Source of the DNA: Azonexus sp.
GTDB lineage: Bacteria > Pseudomonadota > Gammaproteobacteria > Burkholderiales > Rhodocyclaceae
Direction of reading: 5' to 3'
Assembly: GCA_023150235.1 (NCBI GenBank)
Contig: JAKLLH010000005.1
Location: forward strand, 72,830 to 136,829
DNA: 64,000 nucleotides
In this document: positions 13,271-23,832 of the stretch, piece by piece
Numbering within the stretch: position 1 is the first letter of the stretch
How the letters are laid out: every line of letters begins with the position of its first letter
The notes under the pieces: model-generated
Database searches by the model: none
Told to the model about the DNA's origin: nothing
The model's input: the letters and a program-made list of their open reading frames with translations, nothing else
Position numbers and translations under genes: made by a program

Positions 13271-14389
13271 ATGCAAACCACCCGCCTTGCCTCCGCCAAG
13301 CGACTGGTCGTCAAAGTCGGCTCGGCCCTCGTGACCAATAACGGTGCCGGCCTCGACCTGGCCGCCATTCGCGACTGGGCGCGCCAGATCAGCACGCTGC
13401 GCGACCAGGGCAAGGAAGTGGTTCTCGTCTCCTCCGGCGCGATCGCCTGCGGCATGCAGCGCCTGGGCTGGGAGAAGCGCCCGAAATCGGTGCACGAACT
13501 GCAAGCCGCCGCCGCCGTCGGCCAGATGGGCCTGGCCCAGGTCTACGACAGCGCCTTCCTCGACCACGGGCTGCACACGGCACAGATTCTGCTGACCCAC
13601 GACGACCTGGCCGACCGCAAGCGCTACCTGAACGCCCGCTCGACGCTAACCACCCTGCTCGCGCTGGGCGTCGTTCCGATCATCAATGAAAACGACACCG
13701 TCGTTACCGACGAAATCAAGTTCGGTGACAACGACACCCTTGGCGCCTTGGTCGCCAATCTGATCGAAGCCGATGCACTGCTCATCCTGACCGACCAGAA
13801 AGGCTTGTACACCGCCGACCCGCGCAAGGATCCCGCTGCAACATTGATTGGCGAGGCGCATGCCGGCGACGTGTCGCTGGAAGCAATGGCCGGCGGCGCC
13901 GGCAGCCGCGTCGGTACTGGCGGCATGATCACCAAGGTCATCGCCGCCAAGCGCGCCGCTCGCAGCGGCGCCCACACCGCGATTGCCAGCGGTCACGAAC
14001 GCGATCCGATCATCCGCCTCGCCGCCGGCGAACCCGTCGGCACCCTGCTGGTCGCCACCACTCAGCCGCTGGCGGCCCGCAAGCAATGGCTAGCCGACCA
14101 TCTGCAACTTGCCGGGCGCCTGTCGCTGGACGCCGGGGCGGTCGGCGCGCTCAGGGATGGTAAAAGTCTGCTGCCGGTCGGGGTTACCCGTATCGATGGC
14201 GAATTCGAGCGCGGAGCGGCGGTTGCCTGCATCGATCCGGAAGGGCGTGAAATTGCGCGTGGCCTGGTCAATTACGGCAGCGGCGAAGCTCGCCTGATCG
14301 CTCGTAAGGGGAGCGCCGAGATCGAAGACTTGCTCGGTTATGTCGATGAGCCGGAGATGATTCATCGCGATAACCTGATCCTGGCCTGA
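13271..14389 (+). CDS. proB: Glutamate 5-kinase
   Basis: [34 protein letters not shown] domain. Confidence 0.97.
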   Translation: MQTTRLASAKRLVVKVGSALVTNNGAGLDLAAIRDWARQISTLRDQGKEVVLVSSGAIACGMQRLGWEKRPKSVHELQAAAAVGQMGLAQVYDSAFLDHGLHTAQILLTHDDLADRKRYLNARSTLTTLLALGVVPIINENDTVVTDEIKFGDNDTLGALVANLIEADALLILTDQKGLYTADPRKDPAATLIGEAHAGDVSLEAMAGGAGSRVGTGGMITKVIAAKRAARSGAHTAIASGHERDPIIRLAAGEPVGTLLVATTQPLAARKQWLADHLQLAGRLSLDAGAVGALRDGKSLLPVGVTRIDGEFERGAAVACIDPEGREIARGLVNYGSGEARLIARKGSAEIEDLLGYVDEPEMIHRDNLILA

Positions 14390-14438
14390 CCGCTGCCATC
14401 GCTTTCGGTGCTTTCCTCCGGCCGGGGGGGGGCTCGGC

Positions 14439-14876
14439 TCAGGGGGCGGAATTTTTGCCGTTCGTCACGGTCGACCGTGACGTGCCGGCATTTTGATCCG
14501 TGCTTGCTGCCGCTGGTGCGACCAGATAGGGATTGGCCATGATTTCGCTTCCGAGTTTTTCCAGCTGCGCCTGTGCCTCGCCTGCGGCTTCGCGCATTTC
14601 GTCTTCGCTCAGGGGGCGGGAGAGCGCTTCCAGTTCAATGCGCTGGATATTCGGGCATTTGCCGAGCAGCGAGTCGAGCAGGCTGTCGACTTTTTTCTGC
14701 CCCAGGCCGAAGAGCGTTTTTTCCGGGACGAAGAGGCGCACGAGGATGATGTCCGATTCGCCCTGGGCGCCGGCCTGCAGGGCCTCGAATTCGCGGCGGA
14801 GGTGGCCGCGCAGCTTGAGTGAAGTGACCGCTTGCGGCACTTGCAGGATGGAGTAGCGAAATTGGCCCTGGATCAT
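14439..14876 (-). CDS. Hypothetical protein
   Basis: 145-aa ORF with protein-like composition filling the proB-rpoD gap; no recognised motif. Confidence 0.55.
   Translation of the reverse strand: MIQGQFRYSILQVPQAVTSLKLRGHLRREFEALQAGAQGESDIILVRLFVPEKTLFGLGQKKVDSLLDSLLGKCPNIQRIELEALSRPLSEDEMREAAGEAQAQLEKLGSEIMANPYLVAPAAASTDQNAGTSRSTVTNGKNSAP
14463..14482. repeat. 20-bp perfect palindrome, CACGGTCGACCGTG family
   Basis: CGTCACGGTCGACCGTGACG, inside the 3' end of ORF 14439-14876. Confidence 0.7.
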
Positions 14877-15053
14877 GTGGTGTCGGAAGGGAGCGGAAGG
14901 CGGCGATTGTCGCAGAATCGTCGTGCCCCACCAAGCGCGCCGGTGCGCCCGCGTTACTGTTCGTCGGCTGGCTCGCCTTGCGATTTGTGCCGGAAAAAGT
15001 GCTCTAAGCTGTGGTAAAATTTATGGTTTTCTCCAATTCTACGGATCGTGTTC

Positions 15054-17036
<1,983 letters not shown>

Positions 17037-17259
17037 GTCGAGCTGGAGGAGGCCTCCGGCCTTCGCCCCGGTTTCCGTCTCCGACAAGGGGCGGGCATCG
17101 AGGCAAAGTCCGCAGGCAAAAGATATTGTCGGGTTTCAGGGAGTTTCACCAGATATCTCCCGCCGGAACCCGTAGTCACAGCGTCACCCGGGGCCAGTCC
17201 GGCCCGGGCGACGAAAGACCGCGAGGCTGTCGTTCAGGCACCTTCGGTGTCGTAGTTCC

Positions 17260-17543
17260 GGGCCTGTAGCTCAGTTGGTCAGAGCAGAGGACTCATAGCG
17301 CAAGTTGTGCCATACGCCGGGAAACCACGTATGGGATGGTGTCAAATTCGGCGAACCCTAAGTGCGGCAACGCATACGGCAACGCCGAGCCAAGCTTCGA
17401 TGCGAAAGCATCGTCGAAGGTGTAGAGACTAGACGGCACCCACCTAAGGCGAAAGCTACGGTGAAGGCATAGTCCAGGGAGTGGCGAAAGTCACACAAAC
17501 CCGAATCCTTTGGTCCAGGGTTCAAGTCCCTGCGGGCCCACCA
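17260..17543 (+). tRNA. tRNA-Ile2 (anticodon CAU), exons 17260-17296 and 17504-17543
   Basis: Joined exons give a 77-nt cloverleaf: GGGCCTG/CGGGCCC acceptor, GAGGA-CTCATAA-TCCTT anticodon arm, GGTTCAAG T-loop, encoded CCA; Ile rather than Met inferred from rpoD context and Azoarcus precedent. Confidence 0.9.
17297..17503 (+). ncRNA. Group I intron (Azoarcus-type, IC3), 207 nt
   Basis: Inserted right after the anticodon, ends in G; P1 CAU/GUG with U-G wobble; conserved blocks GTCAAATTCGGCGAA, AACGCCGAGCCAAGC, GGTGTAGAGACTAGACGGCACCCACCTAA, GGCATAGTCCA match the recalled Azoarcus intron core. Confidence 0.93.
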
Positions 17544-17547
17544 ATTC

Positions 17548-17578
17548 AAAAACCCAACCCTTACCGGTTGGGTTTTTT
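17548..17578 (+). terminator. Rho-independent terminator after tRNA-Ile
   Basis: AACCCAACC-CTTACC-GGTTGGGTT-TTTT. Confidence 0.85.
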
Positions 17579-17863
17579 CTTGCCTGCCGAGCCAGCACTG
17601 GCGGGGCTTTGGCAAAGATGCGTTGCCAGCCAACAGACCACCCACCCCTTTTCCCTGCCTCTCAGCTCCCGGAATCCTCTCTTTTCGGTAAGTTTGGCGT
17701 TCATAGCAAGGCTCCGTGATGTGATTGACGACGCCACCATGAACGCTCTGTTCGATCAGGAAGCCAAGTAATATCAGCCTGAAGTTCTCGAAAAGCGACG
17801 CTAATTCAAATTTATTGATATGTGTACATGACAATAAATGCATTTGGGTGCTAGCATTGGCGA

Positions 17864-19318
17864 ATGCGAGTATCCAAAGAAGAACTCATTGCGGTCTTGG
17901 CTCAGTTCAACCCTTGGTGGCGTGGCGAGCCTATTGCCGATCTGTCAAGTTGGAGGCGGGCCGCCTGGCGCGAACTGCATCGATGGGTTACCAATCCACC
18001 AGCCCATCGCGCAATATTGGTATCTGGAGCACGCCAGGTGGGCAAGACCACGCTACTGCTCCAGGAGATTGATGGACTGCTCGAACAAGGCGTATCACCG
18101 GCCAATATTCTCTATGCAACCTTCGATCATCCCGTATTGAAGCTGGCCGGCGTCGATGCAGTGCTCGAAGCATGGCGTGAGCGCGAGCCACGCGTGGATG
18201 GCCCGGAGTATCTGTTCCTTGACGAGGCTCAGTTCATCCGCGAGTGGGGTACATGGGTCAAGCACCAGATCGATTTCAACAAGCAGCGCCGCATTGTATT
18301 TACCGGGTCCGCTATGCCCCTGGTGGAGGCCGATCAGGAATCTGGTGTTGGCCGCTGGCATACCATCCGGCTGACCACGTTGTCGTTCTATGAATATTTG
18401 CAGCTTAAACAGTTGCAGTTACCGCAGCTGCCGCCGCTGAAAAGTCTCACTGAATTATTCGATTGGCAGCAACCACAGTTCTACCGCGTGCAAGAACTGG
18501 CCGCGCCCTACGTCGGTCATTTCCACGAATACCTTATCCGTGGTGGTTTTCCACAGACGGCACAAGTTGAAAGCATCACCCAAGCCCAGCGCCTGCTGCG
18601 CGAGGACATTATCGACAAAGTGCTCAAGCGCGACATGACGGCGTTGTTTGGCGTGCGACGTGTACTCGATCTGGAGCACACCTTTCTTTATCTCTGCATG
18701 CACGATGGCGGCCTGCTCAACATCTCCGACCTGTCGAGCAACCTGGAGGTAAAGCGCCCCACGGCCCAGCACTTCATCGAATTGCTCGAGGCCTGCCATC
18801 TGATCTACCGGCTGCCACCTTTTGGCTATGGCAAGGATGTGCTTAAAGGTCGATTCAAGGTCTATCTGGCCGATGCCGCCATTGCCCCTGCCGTCCTGCT
18901 CAAGGGCAAGAGCGTGATCGATGATCCGGCACTGCTGGGCGTGGCCACTGAAACCGCGGTCTTCAAACATTTGTTTGCCCGCTATTACTCCCAGAACGTG
19001 CGTTTCACCTACTGGCACGGCAAGCAGGGCCGTGAAGTTGATCTGGTCGCTGAAATTGGCCAGCAACTCATCCCCTTCGAAGTCAAATATCGCGCCCAGC
19101 ACACCGGTGCGCGTGAACTGAAGGGGCTGATCGAACTCTGCGAGCAGAAGAAAATTGCGCGCGGCTACGTGGTGACCAAATCCCTTGACGACTTCGGGCT
19201 GATGACAGGCCTGCCCGATACCGTCAAATCCGCCACCCAGATCATGCGTATCCCGGCGCCATTGCTGTGTTTCTGGATGGGTGCGTCGGATCTCAATCAA
19301 TCAGAAGTGCTGGACTGA
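17864..19318 (+). CDS. AAA_14 ATPase with C-terminal DUF4143 / PD-(D/E)xK-like domain
   Basis: FNPWW start, GARQVGKTT Walker A, FLDEAQ Walker B, GGFP, EVDLV...FEVKY. Confidence 0.85.
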   Translation: MRVSKEELIAVLAQFNPWWRGEPIADLSSWRRAAWRELHRWVTNPPAHRAILVSGARQVGKTTLLLQEIDGLLEQGVSPANILYATFDHPVLKLAGVDAVLEAWREREPRVDGPEYLFLDEAQFIREWGTWVKHQIDFNKQRRIVFTGSAMPLVEADQESGVGRWHTIRLTTLSFYEYLQLKQLQLPQLPPLKSLTELFDWQQPQFYRVQELAAPYVGHFHEYLIRGGFPQTAQVESITQAQRLLREDIIDKVLKRDMTALFGVRRVLDLEHTFLYLCMHDGGLLNISDLSSNLEVKRPTAQHFIELLEACHLIYRLPPFGYGKDVLKGRFKVYLADAAIAPAVLLKGKSVIDDPALLGVATETAVFKHLFARYYSQNVRFTYWHGKQGREVDLVAEIGQQLIPFEVKYRAQHTGARELKGLIELCEQKKIARGYVVTKSLDDFGLMTGLPDTVKSATQIMRIPAPLLCFWMGASDLNQSEVLD

Positions 19319-19479
19319 TTTCGTTCCGGCAGAAATTTTTGAGAATCCATGAACTTGCCGGCCGCACCAGCGCTGGCGCGGCCGGGTGTTTTGTCCCCGC
19401 CTGGCCGTGCCTTGCTCAATAGATGGAAAAACAGGTGGCATGAACCCTGCCCTTTGGAAGACGAAGAGCCGAGGGAGCC

Positions 19480-20139
19480 TCAGTTCAGCGAGGCGCCGGC
19501 AAGTTTTGCACCGAAACCGATGAACAGCGCCCCGACCGCACCGGTGCCGCCGGCTGCCAGCCAGCGCCGTCGGCTGACCTGGCGGGCGAGATGGACGCCG
19601 CCAAAAATCAGCAGGGTGAGGTAGAGGGCGCTACAGATTTGGACGATCACGCCGAGGATGGCGAAGGATAGTACCGGGTGTGGGTAATCCGGTGAGACGA
19701 ACTGGATGAAAAAGGAGACGAAGAAGAGGATTGCCTTCGGGTTGGTCAGGCTGATCAGCAGTGCGATACGGAAGGGGCGGCTGGCATCGAGTCGCGGTGT
19801 CTGGGCCGGATCGCGTTCGTGATCGTTCAGCGGTTGCCGCCAGCGGGCGATGCCGGCTTTCAGCAACTTGAAGCCGAGCCAGGCCAGGTAGGCTGCGCCG
19901 CTGTACTTGATGAGCATGAACAGCGCCGGTGTGGCTTGCAGCAGCGAGGCGACGCCGGTCGCGGCCGCGATCATCAACAGGGTGTCGCCGACGAAGATGC
20001 CGCAGGCGCCGCGATAGCCGGCGGCGATGCCCTCGCGCGAGGCGACGGTCATCACGTAGAGCGAGTTCGGCCCAGGCAGCAGCACGATGACGACGGTGCC
20101 GATGACGAAGGTCCACAGGTCGGTGATTCCGTAAATCAT
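19480..20139 (-). CDS. leuE: LysE-family leucine efflux protein
   Basis: YGITDLWTFVIGT, LLPGPNSLYV, LTNPKAILFFVSFF. Confidence 0.88.
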   Translation of the reverse strand: MIYGITDLWTFVIGTVVIVLLPGPNSLYVMTVASREGIAAGYRGACGIFVGDTLLMIAAATGVASLLQATPALFMLIKYSGAAYLAWLGFKLLKAGIARWRQPLNDHERDPAQTPRLDASRPFRIALLISLTNPKAILFFVSFFIQFVSPDYPHPVLSFAILGVIVQICSALYLTLLIFGGVHLARQVSRRRWLAAGGTGAVGALFIGFGAKLAGASLN

Positions 20140-20142
20140 GCT

Positions 20143-20769
20143 TCAGTCCTTGCGTTGCCAGACTTGCCAGCGTTCGCGGCCGGCAAAGACCGGGATCGAG
20201 TCGGCGACCGGGTGGTCTTCCAGGCAGGTGAAATGGGATGCCAGAAGTTCGTCGAGCTGTTCCGGCAGGATGCCGAAGGGTGGTCCCTTGGGCTGCTCGC
20301 AGACGAAGAAATAACCGGCTAGCCGGGCGCCGGCCGGCAGCAATTCGGCAAGGCGTTGGCCCCAGTCGGCCCACAGCTTGCGCGGCAGGGCACAGAGGAA
20401 GGCGCGCTCGTAAATCAGGTCGAGCGGGGTTTCCGGCTGCCATTGGAAAAAATCGGCGCAGATGAGGTCGACCGTGGAAACCGGTCCGAGCACCGGCGCC
20501 AGCACGCTACGTGCCCGCTCGACCGCGAGCGGCGAGAAGTCGAGGGCGGTCGTCCGCCAGCCGCGTTCGGCCAGCAACACCGCTTCCCAGCCACTGCCGC
20601 AGCCCGGGATCAGGGTACGCAAGGGCGCCGCTTCGGTGCCGATAAAAGCGGCGAATTCGTCGGGAACCTTGCCGGCGTCCCACGGGGTGGTGCCGGCGCC
20701 GAAGCGCTTGCACCAGAAGTCGGGGTGTTCCGGGCGTTGGTCCGGGGTCTTGCTGCTGCCTTCATTCAT
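20143..20769 (-). CDS. Thiopurine S-methyltransferase family SAM methyltransferase
   Basis: TPWDAG, LIPGCGSG, ADFF, IYERAFLCAL, GPPFG. Confidence 0.9.
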   Translation of the reverse strand: MNEGSSKTPDQRPEHPDFWCKRFGAGTTPWDAGKVPDEFAAFIGTEAAPLRTLIPGCGSGWEAVLLAERGWRTTALDFSPLAVERARSVLAPVLGPVSTVDLICADFFQWQPETPLDLIYERAFLCALPRKLWADWGQRLAELLPAGARLAGYFFVCEQPKGPPFGILPEQLDELLASHFTCLEDHPVADSIPVFAGRERWQVWQRKD

Positions 20770-20930
20770 CGTAAGACTAACTCCGGTTTGAAACCCCGCC
20801 CTTCAGGGCGGTGGGAGCCGACCCCGGCCTGAAGGCCGGGGATTCAGGCGACCGTTTTGGGAGGGGATGCAAACCTCTTCCAAAACATGTTTGACCGACA
20901 GGCATGAATGCCTGTCGCTAATTTCTTGCT
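20770..20930 (+). mobile_element. IS200/IS605-like palindromic element, copy 2 (161 bp)
   Basis: After TTCAT 20765-20769, the methyltransferase start codon; removing it restores GGAGAGAGCGC-ATG. Confidence 0.85.
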
Positions 20931-21050
20931 GCGCTCTCTCCATCGCAAAAGTGGATTCCGGTAAGCGGCAAAGCGCTGGATGCATCAAATGTACTCACTG
21001 GGGTGCATGCTAGAATCGCCGCTCCCCAATGCCTATGCCCACCTCGCATC

Positions 21051-21986
21051 ATGTCCGCTTCCTCCAAAATCGTCATCGCCTCTCGTGAATCCCGCCTCGC
21101 CATGTGGCAGGCCGTGCATGTCCAGGGTCGCCTGGCCGAACTCAATCCGGGGGCGGAGGTCGTCATTCTAGGCATGACGACCAAGGGTGACCAGATTCTT
21201 GATCGTCCGCTCGCCGAAATCGGCGGCAAGGGCCTGTTCATCAAGGAACTGGAAGTAGCGATGCAGGAAGGCCGCGCCCACCTCGCGGTGCATTCGATGA
21301 AGGATGTGCCGATGACCATGCCCGAAGGCTTCGCGCTGGAAGCCATCTCGGCCCGCGAAAACCCGCGTGACGCCTTTGTTTCCAACAACTACAGCGGCCT
21401 CGACGAACTGCCGGCCGGGGCCGTGGTCGGCACCTCCAGCCTGCGCCGCGAGGCCATCCTGCGCGCCAAGTACCCGCAACTGGTGATCAAGAGCCTGCGC
21501 GGCAACCTCGACACCCGGCTGAAGAAGCTCGACGCCGGCGAATACGATGCGATCATCCTTGCCGCTGCCGGCTTGATCCGTCTTGGTCTCAAGGAACGGA
21601 TCAAGGCCGTCCTGACCCCGGAACAATCGCTGCCGGCCCCCGGCCAGGGTGCGCTGGGGATCGAGATCGTCGCTGGTGACGCGGCGATGGCCGTCGTCGT
21701 CGCCCCGCTCAACGACCCTGAAACCGCGCATTGCGTGCGCGCCGAGCGCGCCTTCTCACGGGCGCTGGGCGGTTCCTGCCAAGTACCGCTGGGCGGCTAC
21801 GCGATCATCGACAACGGCCAGCTGTGGCTGCGCGGCTTCGTCGCCACCCCGGACGGCCAGCACATGCTCGCCGGCGAAGTGCGCGGCAACCCGGCGGAAG
21901 ACGAAGCGCTTGGCCTGCAACTCGCGGCCGACCTGCGTGCGCGCGGCGTTGACGCGATCCTGGAAAAACTCGGCCTCTGCCACTGA
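21051..21986 (+). CDS. hemC: Hydroxymethylbilane synthase
   Basis: [44 protein letters not shown]. Confidence 0.97.
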   Translation: MSASSKIVIASRESRLAMWQAVHVQGRLAELNPGAEVVILGMTTKGDQILDRPLAEIGGKGLFIKELEVAMQEGRAHLAVHSMKDVPMTMPEGFALEAISARENPRDAFVSNNYSGLDELPAGAVVGTSSLRREAILRAKYPQLVIKSLRGNLDTRLKKLDAGEYDAIILAAAGLIRLGLKERIKAVLTPEQSLPAPGQGALGIEIVAGDAAMAVVVAPLNDPETAHCVRAERAFSRALGGSCQVPLGGYAIIDNGQLWLRGFVATPDGQHMLAGEVRGNPAEDEALGLQLAADLRARGVDAILEKLGLCH

Positions 21987-21991
21987 GCACC

Positions 21992-22780
21992 ATGGCACAC
22001 AGTGCGAGCGCGCCGCTTGCCGGGCTGACCATCGTCGTCACCCGGCCGCAGGCCCAATGCGGGCCGCTGGCCGAGGCGATCCGGGCCGCCGGCGGCGAGC
22101 CGCTGGTCTTCCCCTTGCTCGAAATCCTGCCCGCTGACGACCCGGCACCGCTGTGCGCGGCGGTGGCGCAATTGGCTACCTACCGGGTGGCGGTTTTCAT
22201 CAGCCCGAACGCGGTCGACCATGCGCTGCCGGCGATTCTCGCCGCTGGTGGCTGGCCGGCCGGCTTGCTGCCGGCGGCGGTTGGTCAGGGGACGGTCAAG
22301 GCCCTGGCGGCGCACGGCGTGAGCGGTTGCATCGCGCCGACCCAGCGTTTCGACTCGGAGGCCTTGCTCGAACTTCCCGAACTCGTGGGGGAACGGATCG
22401 CTGGCCAGCGGATCGCGATTTTTCGCGGCGACGGCGGCCGCGAGCTACTTGGCGACACCTTGCGCGCTCGGGGAGCGACGGTCGATCCGGTGACCTGCTA
22501 CCGCCGCCTCGGCCCGTCGGCTGGTGCCCGGCCCTTGCTCGCCGCCTGGCAAAATCGCCGTCTCGACGCGTTGACCGTGTCCAGCAGCGAAGGCCTGCGT
22601 TACCTGTGGGATTTGCTGCCGGCAGAGGGGCGCGAGGCCCTGGCGGAAACCCCGGTTTTCGTGCCACATGCCAGAATTGCCGAAAATGCCAAATCCATCA
22701 ACCTGAAAAAAATAATCCTCACGGAACCCGCTGACGAGGGCATTTTGCGCGCCCTGCGTGCTTATAATTGGCGCCGATGA
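21992..22780 (+). CDS. hemD: Uroporphyrinogen-III synthase
   Basis: VVTRP, FISPNAV, DSEALL, RGDGGRELL; follows hemC. Confidence 0.93.
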   Translation: MAHSASAPLAGLTIVVTRPQAQCGPLAEAIRAAGGEPLVFPLLEILPADDPAPLCAAVAQLATYRVAVFISPNAVDHALPAILAAGGWPAGLLPAAVGQGTVKALAAHGVSGCIAPTQRFDSEALLELPELVGERIAGQRIAIFRGDGGRELLGDTLRARGATVDPVTCYRRLGPSAGARPLLAAWQNRRLDALTVSSSEGLRYLWDLLPAEGREALAETPVFVPHARIAENAKSINLKKIILTEPADEGILRALRAYNWRR

Positions 22781-22864
22781 GGTCGGCATGAGTCCGGCCG
22801 GGAGGAGGGGCGTTTCGGGCGCCCAGCCAATTCATGACGCAAGGCCAAAAGTGAGAGGGACTCC

Positions 22865-23104
22865 ATGCTGAATATCGACATGCGCAAAATCTACAATTTC
22901 TACCCGGTGGAGCCCGATCCCGATCCGGCCAACCTGCCGACCGGTGGCGATTTGTACTATGAGTGCATGGACTGCACCGTGATCGTCAATTCGGTGCCGC
23001 ATGTCAAGGCAGCCTGCGCTTGCGGCAACCTTGAAGGCGGCGGTGGCAAGATGAACATCAAGAACCCGGCACGTGTGCGCGTGGTGCGCGGCAAGCTCAA
23101 ATAA
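22865..23104 (+). CDS. Small Cys-rich hypothetical protein (possible zinc ribbon)
   Basis: CMDC...CACG; GAGAGGG SD; GC3-rich codons. Confidence 0.7.
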   Translation: MLNIDMRKIYNFYPVEPDPDPANLPTGGDLYYECMDCTVIVNSVPHVKAACACGNLEGGGGKMNIKNPARVRVVRGKLK

Positions 23105-23201
23105 GCAAGGATGGCTGGTCCGGTATCCGCGCCGGGCCAGCCGCCAGCTCGGCAAGAAACCGTCGGTTAGTCACACACCGGCGTTTTTTTGGGTCTATAA
23201 T

Positions 23202-23219
23202 TGTAAGTAAGTTATTACA
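23202..23219. promoter_or_regulatory. Probable TetR operator
   Basis: TGTAA-N8-TTACA dyad 11 bp before the tetR start, preceded by TATAAT. Confidence 0.55.
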
Positions 23220-23230
23220 TACAAGACGCC

Positions 23231-23830
23231 ATGACCACTCCTTCCCGCCAATCGACAGGTTCTCGCCAGGCAGAGATTATTGCCACCATGCTGGCCTTGG
23301 CCGCTGAAAGAAACCCTGCGGATGTCACGACAACCGAGATTGCCAAGGCGATGAACGTGACGCAGGGGGCGCTGTTTCGGCATTTTCCGACCAAGGAAGC
23401 GATTCGGCTGGCGGTTGTCGAGTGGATAGAGGCGCAGTTGATGCAGCGGCTTGGGGCGGCACGAGAGGCGGCCCCCGATGCCTTGGCGGCCCTGGAGGCG
23501 ATGTTCCTGGCGCATGTGCAATTCATCCGGGCCTTTCCCGGTGTGCCGCATCTGATCTTTGCCGAGTTGCAGCAGCCCGAGCAATCGCCCGTTAGCCAGC
23601 ATGTCCAGAAAATCATGCAGCGCTATCGCCAGGCCCTTTCCGAGGTTTTGTCCAGCGCCCAGGCGGCACGGCTGATTCGCCAGGATGTGGAGCTTGCTTC
23701 CGCCGCCGTGCTCTTTCTCGGTGCGATTCAGGGGTTGGTGATCCAGTTTCTGCTTGGCGGCGCCTCGTCTGCGGTCGACAAGCAGGTGCCGGGTGTGCTG
23801 CAGCTCTACCTGGCCGGCCTGAAAGCCTGA
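23231..23830 (+). CDS. TetR/AcrR family regulator
   Basis: TTTEIAKAMNVTQGALFRHFPTKE HTH. Confidence 0.93.
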   Translation: MTTPSRQSTGSRQAEIIATMLALAAERNPADVTTTEIAKAMNVTQGALFRHFPTKEAIRLAVVEWIEAQLMQRLGAAREAAPDALAALEAMFLAHVQFIRAFPGVPHLIFAELQQPEQSPVSQHVQKIMQRYRQALSEVLSSAQAARLIRQDVELASAAVLFLGAIQGLVIQFLLGGASSAVDKQVPGVLQLYLAGLKA

Positions 23831-23832
23831 TC

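Noticed and set aside
14424-14432. G9 tract as a phase-variation switch
   Set aside because: It lies between two convergent stop codons, not in a promoter or reading frame.
17504-19479. Intact tRNA-integrated genomic island or prophage
   Set aside because: No integrase, no attR duplication of the tRNA 3' end, and no phage genes found.
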